Origin: a virus
Length of the DNA: 64,000 bases
Virus record (IMG/VR): IMGVR_UViG_3300045974_000513
Coordinates: 5,092-69,091 of that record
Direction: 5' to 3' (one strand)
Notes under the pieces: model-generated
Databases searched by the model: none
What the model saw: only the letters and a program-made list of their open reading frames with translations
What the model was told of the DNA's origin: nothing
Position numbers and translations under genes: made by a program
Shown: in pieces, positions 1-9,397 of the stretch
How positions within the stretch are numbered: position 1 is the first letter of the stretch
Layout of the letters: every line of letters begins with the position of its first letter

Positions 1-325
1 TCTGGTGGGCTCTCTTGACCGAGTCGGCCCGCTCTGCGTCCCGCTCTCGGAGTTCCTTCAGCGTGTGCCGCACGTCCTCAAGCTGGCGGTTGTAGAGGTC
101 CGACCAACCCGCGCTGGCCTGCCCGACGATCTCCCGGACTGCTGATCGGAATCCGCTGGAGTCCGACCACTTCCCGATCCTGTCGTCCATGCGCCGGTCG
201 AGCCAGATGAACCCCCGGTAAAGCACGCCGATGATTGTGAGAAGGGCCCCCGCGAGGGCCACCACAACCACCGTGACGCTCACCGCCAGCGAACTATCGA
301 CCGCACCCGCCGACAGGCCGCTCAC
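1..325 (-). CDS. Partial (runs off window) membrane protein with coiled coil; putative holin/XhlA-like lysis protein
   Basis: Manual translation from GTG 325 (GTGA overlap with the stop at 322): MSGLSAGAVDSSLAVSVTVVVVALAGALLTIIGVLYRGFIWLDRRM...LKELRERDAERADSVKRAHQ. One TM helix, then a coiled coil ending S-x-K-x-A-H; lies downstream of the tail genes. Confidence 0.6.
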   Translation of the reverse strand, partial: MSGLSAGAVDSSLAVSVTVVVVALAGALLTIIGVLYRGFIWLDRRMDDRIGKWSDSSGFRSAVREIVGQASAGWSDLYNRQLEDVRHTLKELRERDAERADSVKRAHQ

Positions 326-714
326 TTCGCGCCCTCGTTCATCGCCGCCCCCGCCCTAGAAGCCGCCTCCCGAATCAGGCGCGCCGCCGTCGCCCTTCGG
401 CACGGCCACCCGTAGTGTACACCAGCCAGCGTTGCCGCGAGCCCGCCGTCCCCGTCGATGGGCTGCCCGGCGCGCGCATTTACTGCGTAGGCCTCCGCCT
501 CCCAGAACGTCCGCCACGGGTTCCACCCAAAGGGTAGTAGGAAAAGGTACGCAACCCAGAACCAGACGCCCTCCTCCGCCTGCTGCCTGACGTGGATCAA
601 CTCGTGGTCGATGGTTGTCTGGTCGCCGAGGTTCTTGACGAAGACGTGTTTCCCCAGGGTGATCCCCGCCGCCGGGAACCAAGACCAGAGGCGGTGCAGG
701 ACGTAGATGGTCAC
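322..714 (-). CDS. Small HExxH zinc-metallopeptidase-like protein (DUF4157-like)
   Basis: AGITLGKHVF...IDHELIHVRQQ...WEAEAY. Start reassigned to GTG 714, which overlaps the tail-tip stop. Confidence 0.65.
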   Translation of the reverse strand: MTIYVLHRLWSWFPAAGITLGKHVFVKNLGDQTTIDHELIHVRQQAEEGVWFWVAYLFLLPFGWNPWRTFWEAEAYAVNARAGQPIDGDGGLAATLAGVHYGWPCRRATAARLIREAASRAGAAMNEGAK

Positions 715-3700
715 CACGCCGTCCCGGCCGCCGCGTTGAGTGAGTAGATCGCCGTGATGCCGATGTCCCACACATGGGCGAGCGGATCGAGCGCGCCCCA
801 GTTCGTCGGGTCGAAGATCGCGACGAGGAAGTCAGGACTGTTCAACGCGTACGTCGCCTCATAGGCCGGGGTGGCCGTCCAGATCGGGTGGATGGTGGTA
901 CCCGTGAAGTCGCCGCCCGTCACGTGAATCGCCTCTAGCGAGACATTGGCGTAGGTACACCCGGGGTATAGCGCCTGGAAGGTAGCGCCCACGACGTTGA
1001 GCCCGATGCGGATTCCGTACCCGCTATTCCCGCGCCCGAAGCCGGTCCCCATGTAATAGAACGGCGTCGCCGCGCCGTTGCGCGTGTAGAGGGTCGGGGT
1101 TCCCGAAGACCGATAGAGCCGTGCGGTCTGAACGATAGTCCTGCTGAACCAAGCGTCCCCGATCAGCGTGCGCCCCAGGCGCAGGCCGTTGCGGTGCGTC
1201 TTGATCGACGTGCCGCTCTTGTCCAGCTTCGCGCCCAGGGTTGGATACCCGTTCCCGTCCTCCGTGTAGTTGGACGTCTGGAGTGCGTCGGCGCTGATCT
1301 TGTTGGCGGTGATCGCGCCGTCCACGATCAGGTTCGCGTTGTTGCGGCGACGCAGCAGGACTTTGGCGAGGTAGCTTACGGTGCCGCCCCACGTCCCGAA
1401 GGCCACCGTCATTTTGGTGGTTCCCGGGGGGGCCCCGCCCGCGTTGGCGCGCGCCGACAAAAGCGTCTTGGCCTCCCACGCGCTATTTACGGTCCCCTGC
1501 GCGATTGCGTATTCGGCCTCGGTGGCCACCCACGCCGACCCGTTCCACCATCGGTTTATGGAGTCCTTGAACGCAAGGTACATGTAGCGGTCAGCGCCGT
1601 TCGCGGCCCATTGGTCGTAGGTGATGCAGAACTCGTCGCCAGCGCTGGCCGGGACATTGAAGGTCAGCACGCCCGAACCGACGTAGCGTCGGAGCCGATG
1701 CGTCTCGGCCGCCGACGCGTCGCCGCTGTCCTGCCAGTACCCAAACTCCGGGTCGGTCGAGGGGTCCGGCGAGACGTACCCGGCGGGCGGCGCGATCGTG
1801 CAGAGCCCGTTCGGCCACAGGTTCTCAAAGTCCACGAGCGTCATGGACTTGGCCGTGATGCTGCCATCGACCACGAGTGAAGCGTCGACCATCTCCTCGA
1901 AGGAGACGTCCTGCGCCTCCATGTATCCCGTAGGTAAGTTGTAGTTGAGGATGACGCCGATCACGGCGGACACGGCCGTCGCCTCGGTCAGGACGTACCC
2001 AACCCACTCCGTCCACGCGGTCGCGACGGCGATGTTGGTCGCCGGGACTGCTTCGTAATAGGTGTTGTTCGCCTTCGTCCGCCCGACCATGTACCCGATC
2101 TCGGTCCCCGCCTCGTTGTATCGGTAGAGGCGCAAGAACCCCGACGCGGACGAGGAGGCCGACCGACGGATCCGGCACCTGACGCGGTACCAAGTGTTCG
2201 GCTGGACGGGCACCTTCTTCATTTCGAGGGCGTGAAGGCCGTTGGTCCCGCGCAGGCACGTCGTGTCCGTGCGGCCGTCGCCGGGGGCCTTCAGCGCCCC
2301 GTCCGATGCGTACCGGATCTCGGGGTTGCCATACCACGCCGTCGCGTCGGACGTGCGCGGGTCGACGTTGAGTGCAGCGCCTCCCGCGATGAGGGTCAGC
2401 TTGTTCGCGGTGATCGCGCCCGCGTAGATGTTGTCGGCCGTGATCGTCCCGGTCCCGATCGACTGGGAGTTGATGTGTCCGGCCGAGAGCATCCCGACCA
2501 TCGCGCTGCCGTAGTAGCCGACCTGCGCCGAGATGGTGCCCGCCTGGATCTGCCCGGCCTGCACCGTGCCGAGGACCGCGATGGTCGCGGCCAGCGTGCC
2601 GGTGGTGATGCTGCTGGCGGAGATCCCGACCGCGTTGACCTGGGATGCGGTCAGCGCCCCGACGTAGATGACCCCGGCGGCCAGCGTCCCGGCCGTCACC
2701 CGATCCGCCGAGATGGTTCCGGCGTAGACGACCCCGGCGGCCAGGGTGCCAGCCAGGATCTTGTCGGCCGCCACCGAGCCCGCGTAGATCACACCGGCGG
2801 CCAGGGTTCCCGCCGTGATCTGCCCGGCCGTTACCGCCCCCGCGTAGACGACGCCTGCCGCCAACGTGCCTGCGGTGATCTGCGACGCAGCCACGGCCCC
2901 GGCGTAGACCACGCCCGCCGACAGCGTGCCCGTCGTCACCTGGGACGGCGTGATGGGCCCGGAGTAGGTCACGCCTGCGGGCAGCGCCCCTGCGTTCAGC
3001 ACGCCCGGCGGCAGCGACGCCGGGCCCCAGATGACAGACCAGCCCGACCCGCCGTAGGCCTTGAGGGTGGTCGGCGTCGTCGAGGTGTCGTACCAGAGGT
3101 CGCCCGCCTTCGCTGCGGCCGGGACTGTCGCCTGGGTCCAGACGGTGTTGCCCGACCCCTGCGCCAACCAGATGGCCGGGGGGCCGACGGCGGTGCACGT
3201 TTTGAAGATGTTCCCACCGCCGGTCGTGTCGACCCAGATGTCGCCCAGGATGGGGTTCGCCGGGGCGGTCGGCGAGGAGGTGATCTTGTTTCCGGCGATC
3301 GTCGACCAGACCTTGGGCGGGCCGACGGCGGTGCATCGCTTCGTCAACGGCGGAGTGGACGACGAGTCGTACCAGATGTCGCCGACGACGGCTGTCGCGG
3401 GCTCCGTGGCGGTCGGCCCCCAGGTGTGGATGCCGTCCGGCTGCGCGGGCTGGGAGAGGTCTTGCCACAGGGCCGGGGGACCGACCGAGGTACACCGCTT
3501 CGGGATGTTCGCCCCGCCCGTGGTGTCCCACCAGAGGTCGCCGACGATGGGGTTCGCCGGGGCCGTCGTACCGGAGTACGTCGTCAGGCCCTGCGTCCCA
3601 GCGGGCACGAGGCTCGTCCACACCGTTGGGCCGATGCTGGCGACGCGGTAGGAGGCGTAGTTCAGCCCGGAGACGAAGCAGAGGTCGCCGACGAGGAGGC

Positions 3701-6700
3701 CCGTCAGCGCGTCCCGCTCGACCAGGGTCGCCACGTAGTAGGTCTTGTTGTAGGCCGCGCCCACCGGGATCGCCTGGAGGGCGTCCCGCCAGCTACCGCT
3801 GACCCACACCCACGGGTGGTACTGGTAGTCGGTCTCGAACCATTGGTCGCCTTCGGACACGCCCGTGGTCGTCCCCAGGCGCGTCCCGGCCACGCCAGCA
3901 GCGCCGCGAAGACCGTAGCGCGCCCGGTTCAGCGCGGCGGCGCGCGCGAAGGCGGCCGAGGCCCCGGCGGCGGCGTTGTTGACGGCGTCCCAGGCGGCGA
4001 TGGCGGCCTCGTTGGCGAGGTCCGAGGCGCTGATCCACGTTCCCGTGCGCGGATGCGTCCCGCCCGACCACCCGTTGCGGGTGTCGTTCATCTTCTTCGT
4101 CAACGCCGCACGGGCCGACCACACGTTCAGGAAGGCCTGGAGGAACGCCTGCCGGTCCGGGTAGGCGGTACCCAGCAGCGTCCACGTCGCGGGCAGCGCC
4201 GTGTCCCCGACGATCCCGCCTGCTGATCCAGACGCCAGCCACGTCGTGAGGTGGGTGTTGGACGGGTTGGCGACGGCCCACGGAGTGGCGTCGACCTCGT
4301 TGGTCGTGTCCGGCGGGCACGCGAGGCCGTCCATCATGTAGTCCTGCAACTGCCACACGGTCCGGTCGTAGGCGGCCTTCTCGGTCGCCGTCGCCGTCGT
4401 CATCGCGGCGTTGTAGGTCGCCTCCTGATCCAGGCTCCCCCGCTCGACGACCAGCGACTGGTACATCGAGAAGGTCCGGGTCTTCTCCCCCCTGCTGACG
4501 ATGAGGTCGTTGGCGACGTTCCCCAGCCACGCCAGCGCGTCCGAGACGTCCTGCCCCATCGACGTCGCGATGGCCGTGAGGAGGGCGGCACGGGCGGCGT
4601 AGAGGTTCGTCCAGGCGTCCAGCCACGCGGTCTGGTTCGGGATCGCCGTGTCCCCGGCGACGCCGTTGGCGGTCCCGACGGACAGCCAGCCAGCCGGGCT
4701 TGTGCCATTGAGGTCCGCGTAGGTCGGGATGGTGATCGTCCACGTGGGCGTCCCGGCCCCCGGCGCTGGGCGAAGGGCGAGGGTGTTGTAGAGGTAGTTC
4801 TGAAGCTCCCAGGTCCGCTGCCGGTACGCCGCGAGGGTGGCCGTGGTGTCGGCGGTCAGCGACGCGGTCGCGGTCGCCTGCGCCTCCAACTGCGCGCGCT
4901 CCGTGAGGAGGAGGTGATAGTCGCGCCACACGGCAGGCTTTTCGTCCCTGGTCAGGACTCCGTCGCTGCCGATGTTCGTGAGGCGGTTCAACGCGTCGTT
5001 CGCGTCGGCCCACGAGTCGTTCTCGATCGCCGCCCAGATCGCGTTGGCCGAGGCGATGGCGTCTTGGAAGACGGCGCGGAAGGTTGGGCCGTGGACGTAG
5101 GTGTTGTAGCCGGACCACGTCGAGACCTGGGCGTCGGTGGGAAGCGCCGTGCCGGTGCCGGTGCCGTCCGTCGCGCGGCCCATGTTGAGACCGTTCGTCG
5201 GGCTGGTCTGCGACCGGCCGTCGGCGGGCGACGATGGCGGCAGGACGTGCGGTGCGGCCATGTACGCGCGGATCTTCGCCATCGCGTTCGCGTAGGTCAG
5301 GCCGGTGCCCGCCGTCAGCGAGATGCCCTGCGCCCCGGCCTGATTCGTGACGCCCGTCTGGTCGTCGATCAGGCCCTTGTAGGTGATCCACGCGAACGCC
5401 TTCTCGGCCCCGGCCGAGATGCAGCCGTCGCTGGAGATCAGGTTGACCTGCGCGACGTTCGCGGAGAAGGCCCCCGCGATGGAGGTCTCCAGCATCGCGT
5501 AGGCGCTGTAGACGTTCTTGAAGTTGGTGATCAGCGCGTTGCGCCCGGTGTACGGGGCGGAGACCAGCGAGAGGTCGCAGTCGCGGTTGGCGGTGTTCGG
5601 CGACGCGGTCGCCGCCTGCCACGTGTCGAGGTTGGCCGCGCTGGTCCCCGGCAGCCCCAGCGCCGTCATGTGCGCGGTCAGCGTGGCGACGTAGCCGTTG
5701 TAGGCCGCGAGGTCGGACGCGCACGCCGTTGCGATGGCCGCGTTCTGTGCCCGGATGCGGATCTGCGTCGCGTCGTCGAGGAGGTGAACGTACTCCTCGA
5801 ACACGTCCATCTTCTCCGCGCCCTGCGAGATGATCGAGTCCGACGTCACGCGCGTCAGCCACGCGACGTTGGCGGCCAGCCGGTCGTCGGTGTCCTTCAG
5901 CATCGCCCGTTCGAGGGCGTCGATGGCGTTGGCCGCGTCCGAGTGGACCGTTCGCCACCGGGCCGGGTCGATCGCGATGTCCGGCGGCGTCTGCATCCAA
6001 GTGTGAACCTGCGACTCCGACGGGTGCGCCGTCGGGAGGCCGAGGCCGGTGCTGGAGGAGACGTGCAGCTTCGGGTTCGGCGGGTCGTGCCCCTCGGACA
6101 CCCCGGCGCACGTCGGGATCGCCTGGGTCCAGTAGGTCTCCATCGCGCCGATGGCGTCGTTGTAGGTCTTCCGAACACCGCTCCCCGTCGGCAGGAAGTG
6201 CTGCCCCGCCGCCGCATCGAGCCCAGCCTGCCCCTCGATCCACGCGCGGTAGATCGAGTACGCCGCCCGCTTCTCGTTGTAGGCGAGGTAGCCGTCGTCG
6301 CCGATCCGGTTGAGGGTTTGCAGCGCCTCGATGCTGTCCCGCATCGTCGCCGTGATCTCGATGACGAGGATCTGCCGCGTGGCGAACGCGTCACCGATCT
6401 TGTCGCGGAACGTGTTCCCGTGGACGGTGATCGTCCCGTTCGCATCGCCCACGGACGTCCAGGCGTTGTAGACCGCATTCGTGGGGGGAAGGTCGGTCGC
6501 CGCGTGCCCGGTGGGCCAGCTATTCTTCCCCGTCCACGTCGCCGTCATCCCGAGGCCGTTCGTCGGGGTGTGGACTCCCTGGTCGTCGGCCGCCGCGTCC
6601 GTGCCGGTCGGGACGGCCGCGATGCAGTACGCCCACAGGTCGTGGATGGCCGACTCGTAGTCGGCCAGCGTCTGCGCGGTGACCGACGCGCCGAATGCCG

Positions 6701-9029
6701 CCGCGTCCGAGTAGAGCTTCTGGTGCTCCCCGAACAGCTGCTGCAACAGGGGGACGGTCGCGTGCTTCTCAGCCGTCGTGATCCGGTTGTCGGAGATGAT
6801 GTCGCCGAGAAGGTTCTCGATCGCCTGGAGATCGGCTTCGAGTTGCCCGCCCGCCCCTGGCGGCCGAATGCCCCCGCCCCCTCCGCCGCCGCCGCCCTCC
6901 GGCGTCCACACCGGGGGCGTAACGGCGGCGTGGCCGATGTACTCCTCGGCGACGATGTCGATATCCCCGTCGGACGTGTCTTCGGTGCTGACGATGCGGG
7001 CGAGGACGCCGCTGATTCCGAGGTGCGGCTCCGTGAGGCTGATCAGGTCGCCGCATTCGAGGCGGATCCATCGGGCGGTGGTCGAGAAGCGGAACAGGTT
7101 CCGGCATTGGGCGCTGCGGTGCGCGAGGAGGTGAGACAACTTGTACGCGTGCGCCGAGTTCGACACCCATTGGGCCGCGTAGGCTGCGCCGCGCCTGTCC
7201 CAGTTCATCGATCGGGCGAGGTCGTCGGCGAGGACGCTGTCGTCGACCTCCCCGTCCTTCTGGGTGTGCATCTGGTACTTGACCGGGATGATGCTGAACG
7301 ACTCCTGATCCGGTCGGCGCTCGACGCGCACCCCTTCGCCGTTGACGTCGGCCGTCACGAAGTCCTGTGGCCCGAGGCTCGTCGCCGTGCTCTGTCCGCC
7401 GCCCTCGTCCTCGACAAGCGGGATCACTCGCAGCACCGGGTCGCCCGACGACGACTGCGTCCAGACGAACCCCGCGTTCGTGTCGGCTGCCAGCGACGAC
7501 ATCAAACCCCACGCGTCCGTCTGCGACGAAATGACGTTGGCGACCCGGAATCCTTGGTCGCTGCAATAGGATCGGTAGGACGCCCCGTCCGCCATCCCGT
7601 GGTCGATGTCCAGCGTCACGCCACTCATGCCGCAGCGCGCCCACAGGTCGGCCATCACCTCGGCGGGGTCGGCGTCGTCGTTCGTCCCTGACCGGCACAG
7701 ACCCCGGACCTCGAACTCCATTTCGGGCTGCTCGAATGTGAAGGTCTCGTCTACGGCCTTCTCCCGAACGACGAGGCCGATCCACTCGATGACGGCGGTG
7801 CCCGGCCAGCGCAGGCGTCGCCGAATGCCCCCGTCGAACGAGGTGATCAGGTCGTAGACCGGGTACTCGTAATTCGAGACCGGGTAGTGCATCCGCAGCG
7901 CGGCGTTCTCTAGATCGCCCCCCGTCCCGTTCGGCAGCACGTTCACGGCGAGCTTGTAGTTCAGCACGCGCGGGCTCAGGTTCAGGCGCACGCCCTCGTT
8001 GAACACGGCGTTGCACGTGACGACGAACCTGTCGTTCGGGATCGGGAGGGCGGCGGCTAGGCCATCCGGCACGACGCCGCTGGGCGGGTCCGTGGCGGCC
8101 GGGCGTCCGGCCCCGGTGATCAGCTTCCCGCCGATCTTGGAGGCTCGGACCTCGATCCCGCTCCCCCCCTCGCACAGGGCGACCACCTGCGGGTGCGCCG
8201 GGAGCCCGACGTGCTTCCGCCACACCTTGATGACGTCCGGGTTCTCGGTGGTCAACTGCTGGTCTTCGGTGAGATCCTCGACGAACCACGTGTCCGTCAT
8301 CCCGGCGAGGCCTACGTTCGACGTCGTGAGGTTGAGCCCGACCGTTGGGTCTCGGAACACGACCTTCCCGGGCAGCCACCGCGTCCCGTACACAAGAGGC
8401 ACCGCGTCGTCGACGGCGCTCGTCTGTGTGGCGCTTTGCGGCGTCGCGGACTGCCCGACGATCGGCGGATTCCAACTCGTCGTCCGGGGGCGGTAGAACT
8501 TCTGGTCGTCAGGCGGGCGCATCGGGAACCCGCCGAAGTTGAACGGGGTGACGCAGCCATCGACCGTGTGGTCGCACGGCGTTCCCGTCGCGCCACACGC
8601 TGTCGACCCGAAGCGCAGCGGGCACATGGACGAGAAGATCCGGGTGGGCAGCTTCTGGTTCAATTCCGCGATCATCGACTTCGCCACGACGACGATGGTC
8701 ATGGATGTCGGGATGGCCGACGCGACGTAGCCGACGAAGCGGGAGATCGTGTACGGGCCGAACGTCCTCGTGACGCGGACGATCTGGTTGTCCCAGTTGC
8801 CAGCGAGGACGTCCGCCTGCAAGCCGCTGCCGCCGCCGCAGAGGATGGTGAACTCGCACGTCGATATCTCGCTGCCCAGCGAGTTGCGGATCGGCCCGCG
8901 CTTCGCGGGGGGCGAGGTGCGCGGACCGAATGTGCCGATGCTTCCGCCCGGGCCGATGATGAACGACTCGTCGCAGTCGAAGTCGTTCTGCCCGTTGAGG
9001 TAGCTCTGTACTCCGTTGTCGGGGATCAT
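711..9029 (-). CDS. Giant tail-tip / host-specificity protein (hub + Phage-tail_3-like + repeats + putative carbohydrate-binding domains), 2772 aa
   Basis: Follows the distal tail gene. N-terminal Cys motif CPLRFGSTACG...CDHTVDGC...NFGGFP, then VPLVYGT and RLECGDLISL (tail tip J-like), internal repeats and C-terminal beta-rich domains. Start moved to ATG 9029 (MIPDNG). Confidence 0.85.
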   Translation of the reverse strand: MIPDNGVQSYLNGQNDFDCDESFIIGPGGSIGTFGPRTSPPAKRGPIRNSLGSEISTCEFTILCGGGSGLQADVLAGNWDNQIVRVTRTFGPYTISRFVGYVASAIPTSMTIVVVAKSMIAELNQKLPTRIFSSMCPLRFGSTACGATGTPCDHTVDGCVTPFNFGGFPMRPPDDQKFYRPRTTSWNPPIVGQSATPQSATQTSAVDDAVPLVYGTRWLPGKVVFRDPTVGLNLTTSNVGLAGMTDTWFVEDLTEDQQLTTENPDVIKVWRKHVGLPAHPQVVALCEGGSGIEVRASKIGGKLITGAGRPAATDPPSGVVPDGLAAALPIPNDRFVVTCNAVFNEGVRLNLSPRVLNYKLAVNVLPNGTGGDLENAALRMHYPVSNYEYPVYDLITSFDGGIRRRLRWPGTAVIEWIGLVVREKAVDETFTFEQPEMEFEVRGLCRSGTNDDADPAEVMADLWARCGMSGVTLDIDHGMADGASYRSYCSDQGFRVANVISSQTDAWGLMSSLAADTNAGFVWTQSSSGDPVLRVIPLVEDEGGGQSTATSLGPQDFVTADVNGEGVRVERRPDQESFSIIPVKYQMHTQKDGEVDDSVLADDLARSMNWDRRGAAYAAQWVSNSAHAYKLSHLLAHRSAQCRNLFRFSTTARWIRLECGDLISLTEPHLGISGVLARIVSTEDTSDGDIDIVAEEYIGHAAVTPPVWTPEGGGGGGGGGIRPPGAGGQLEADLQAIENLLGDIISDNRITTAEKHATVPLLQQLFGEHQKLYSDAAAFGASVTAQTLADYESAIHDLWAYCIAAVPTGTDAAADDQGVHTPTNGLGMTATWTGKNSWPTGHAATDLPPTNAVYNAWTSVGDANGTITVHGNTFRDKIGDAFATRQILVIEITATMRDSIEALQTLNRIGDDGYLAYNEKRAAYSIYRAWIEGQAGLDAAAGQHFLPTGSGVRKTYNDAIGAMETYWTQAIPTCAGVSEGHDPPNPKLHVSSSTGLGLPTAHPSESQVHTWMQTPPDIAIDPARWRTVHSDAANAIDALERAMLKDTDDRLAANVAWLTRVTSDSIISQGAEKMDVFEEYVHLLDDATQIRIRAQNAAIATACASDLAAYNGYVATLTAHMTALGLPGTSAANLDTWQAATASPNTANRDCDLSLVSAPYTGRNALITNFKNVYSAYAMLETSIAGAFSANVAQVNLISSDGCISAGAEKAFAWITYKGLIDDQTGVTNQAGAQGISLTAGTGLTYANAMAKIRAYMAAPHVLPPSSPADGRSQTSPTNGLNMGRATDGTGTGTALPTDAQVSTWSGYNTYVHGPTFRAVFQDAIASANAIWAAIENDSWADANDALNRLTNIGSDGVLTRDEKPAVWRDYHLLLTERAQLEAQATATASLTADTTATLAAYRQRTWELQNYLYNTLALRPAPGAGTPTWTITIPTYADLNGTSPAGWLSVGTANGVAGDTAIPNQTAWLDAWTNLYAARAALLTAIATSMGQDVSDALAWLGNVANDLIVSRGEKTRTFSMYQSLVVERGSLDQEATYNAAMTTATATEKAAYDRTVWQLQDYMMDGLACPPDTTNEVDATPWAVANPSNTHLTTWLASGSAGGIVGDTALPATWTLLGTAYPDRQAFLQAFLNVWSARAALTKKMNDTRNGWSGGTHPRTGTWISASDLANEAAIAAWDAVNNAAAGASAAFARAAALNRARYGLRGAAGVAGTRLGTTTGVSEGDQWFETDYQYHPWVWVSGSWRDALQAIPVGAAYNKTYYVATLVERDALTGLLVGDLCFVSGLNYASYRVASIGPTVWTSLVPAGTQGLTTYSGTTAPANPIVGDLWWDTTGGANIPKRCTSVGPPALWQDLSQPAQPDGIHTWGPTATEPATAVVGDIWYDSSSTPPLTKRCTAVGPPKVWSTIAGNKITSSPTAPANPILGDIWVDTTGGGNIFKTCTAVGPPAIWLAQGSGNTVWTQATVPAAAKAGDLWYDTSTTPTTLKAYGGSGWSVIWGPASLPPGVLNAGALPAGVTYSGPITPSQVTTGTLSAGVVYAGAVAASQITAGTLAAGVVYAGAVTAGQITAGTLAAGVIYAGSVAADKILAGTLAAGVVYAGTISADRVTAGTLAAGVIYVGALTASQVNAVGISASSITTGTLAATIAVLGTVQAGQIQAGTISAQVGYYGSAMVGMLSAGHINSQSIGTGTITADNIYAGAITANKLTLIAGGAALNVDPRTSDATAWYGNPEIRYASDGALKAPGDGRTDTTCLRGTNGLHALEMKKVPVQPNTWYRVRCRIRRSASSSASGFLRLYRYNEAGTEIGYMVGRTKANNTYYEAVPATNIAVATAWTEWVGYVLTEATAVSAVIGVILNYNLPTGYMEAQDVSFEEMVDASLVVDGSITAKSMTLVDFENLWPNGLCTIAPPAGYVSPDPSTDPEFGYWQDSGDASAAETHRLRRYVGSGVLTFNVPASAGDEFCITYDQWAANGADRYMYLAFKDSINRWWNGSAWVATEAEYAIAQGTVNSAWEAKTLLSARANAGGAPPGTTKMTVAFGTWGGTVSYLAKVLLRRRNNANLIVDGAITANKISADALQTSNYTEDGNGYPTLGAKLDKSGTSIKTHRNGLRLGRTLIGDAWFSRTIVQTARLYRSSGTPTLYTRNGAATPFYYMGTGFGRGNSGYGIRIGLNVVGATFQALYPGCTYANVSLEAIHVTGGDFTGTTIHPIWTATPAYEATYALNSPDFLVAIFDPTNWGALDPLAHVWDIGITAIYSLNAAAGTAW
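2580..3000 (-). repeat. 60-nt / 20-aa tandem repeat (AGTLAAGVVYAG-x-V-x-A-x-QIT), beta-helix-like shaft
   Basis: Near-identical text recurs in consecutive 60-nt lines from 2641 to 3000 (gcgtaga...ccggcggccag). Confidence 0.9.
3070..3860 (-). repeat. About 6 copies of a ~50-aa GD[LIQ]W-x-D fibre repeat
   Basis: EGDQWFETD, VGDLCFVSG, VGDLWWDTT, VGDIWYDSS, LGDIWVDTT, AGDLWYDTS, several followed by K-x-CT-x-VGPP-x-x-W. Confidence 0.85.
4080..6840 (-). repeat. Six ~140-165-aa helical repeats, each starting with a D-x-x-[IVL]...EK motif
   Basis: ISDNRITTAEK, GDDGYLAYNEK, TSDSIISQGAEK, SSDGCISAGAEK, GSDGVLTRDEK, ANDLIVSRGEK at ~410-490-nt spacing. Confidence 0.8.
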
Positions 9030-9031
9030 TC

Positions 9032-9397
9032 CTACACCACCGTGATGGCGGTGTAGTCGACCTTCCACCACCCCTTCACGCGGTACTCGGTGAACTTCGG
9101 GACGCCTTCCAGGCGGCAGACCCTGTTCACGGTGACCCCTCGGGCGAGGTCGTATGGGTCCACCATCGTGAAGGTTCCCCATGACCCGTAGACGTCGTCC
9201 ACCGCAGCGGCCAGCGCCGCCAGTTGGCCCGCCGCCTCGGCGCGGCCGATGATGCTGATCGCGAATCGGTAACGAGGGGCGTTGTGCCACCGCGTTCTGA
9301 TCTCGACGCCCGCCATCGACGTCTGCACGTTGACGGCGTAGATCGTCTCGCGGGTGATCCCGATCTGGAGGCCCGACTGTGAAAGCGGGATCGCCAT
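9032..9397 (-). CDS. Distal tail protein (DUF2460-like)
   Basis: QTSMAGVEIRTRWHNAPRYRF motif; lies between tape measure and tail tip. Confidence 0.7.
   Translation of the reverse strand: MAIPLSQSGLQIGITRETIYAVNVQTSMAGVEIRTRWHNAPRYRFAISIIGRAEAAGQLAALAAAVDDVYGSWGTFTMVDPYDLARGVTVNRVCRLEGVPKFTEYRVKGWWKVDYTAITVV

Noticed and set aside
711-2400. Diversity-generating retroelement target in the tail-fibre C-terminus
   Set aside because: No reverse transcriptase and no template/variable repeat pair seen in this window.
9030-9290. ORF-track starts for several genes (9290, 14096, 35646, 51497, 51817, 61106)
   Set aside because: The extensions overlap upstream genes in another frame. Coupled starts at 9029, 13628, 35475, 51263, 51670 and 60644 fit better.
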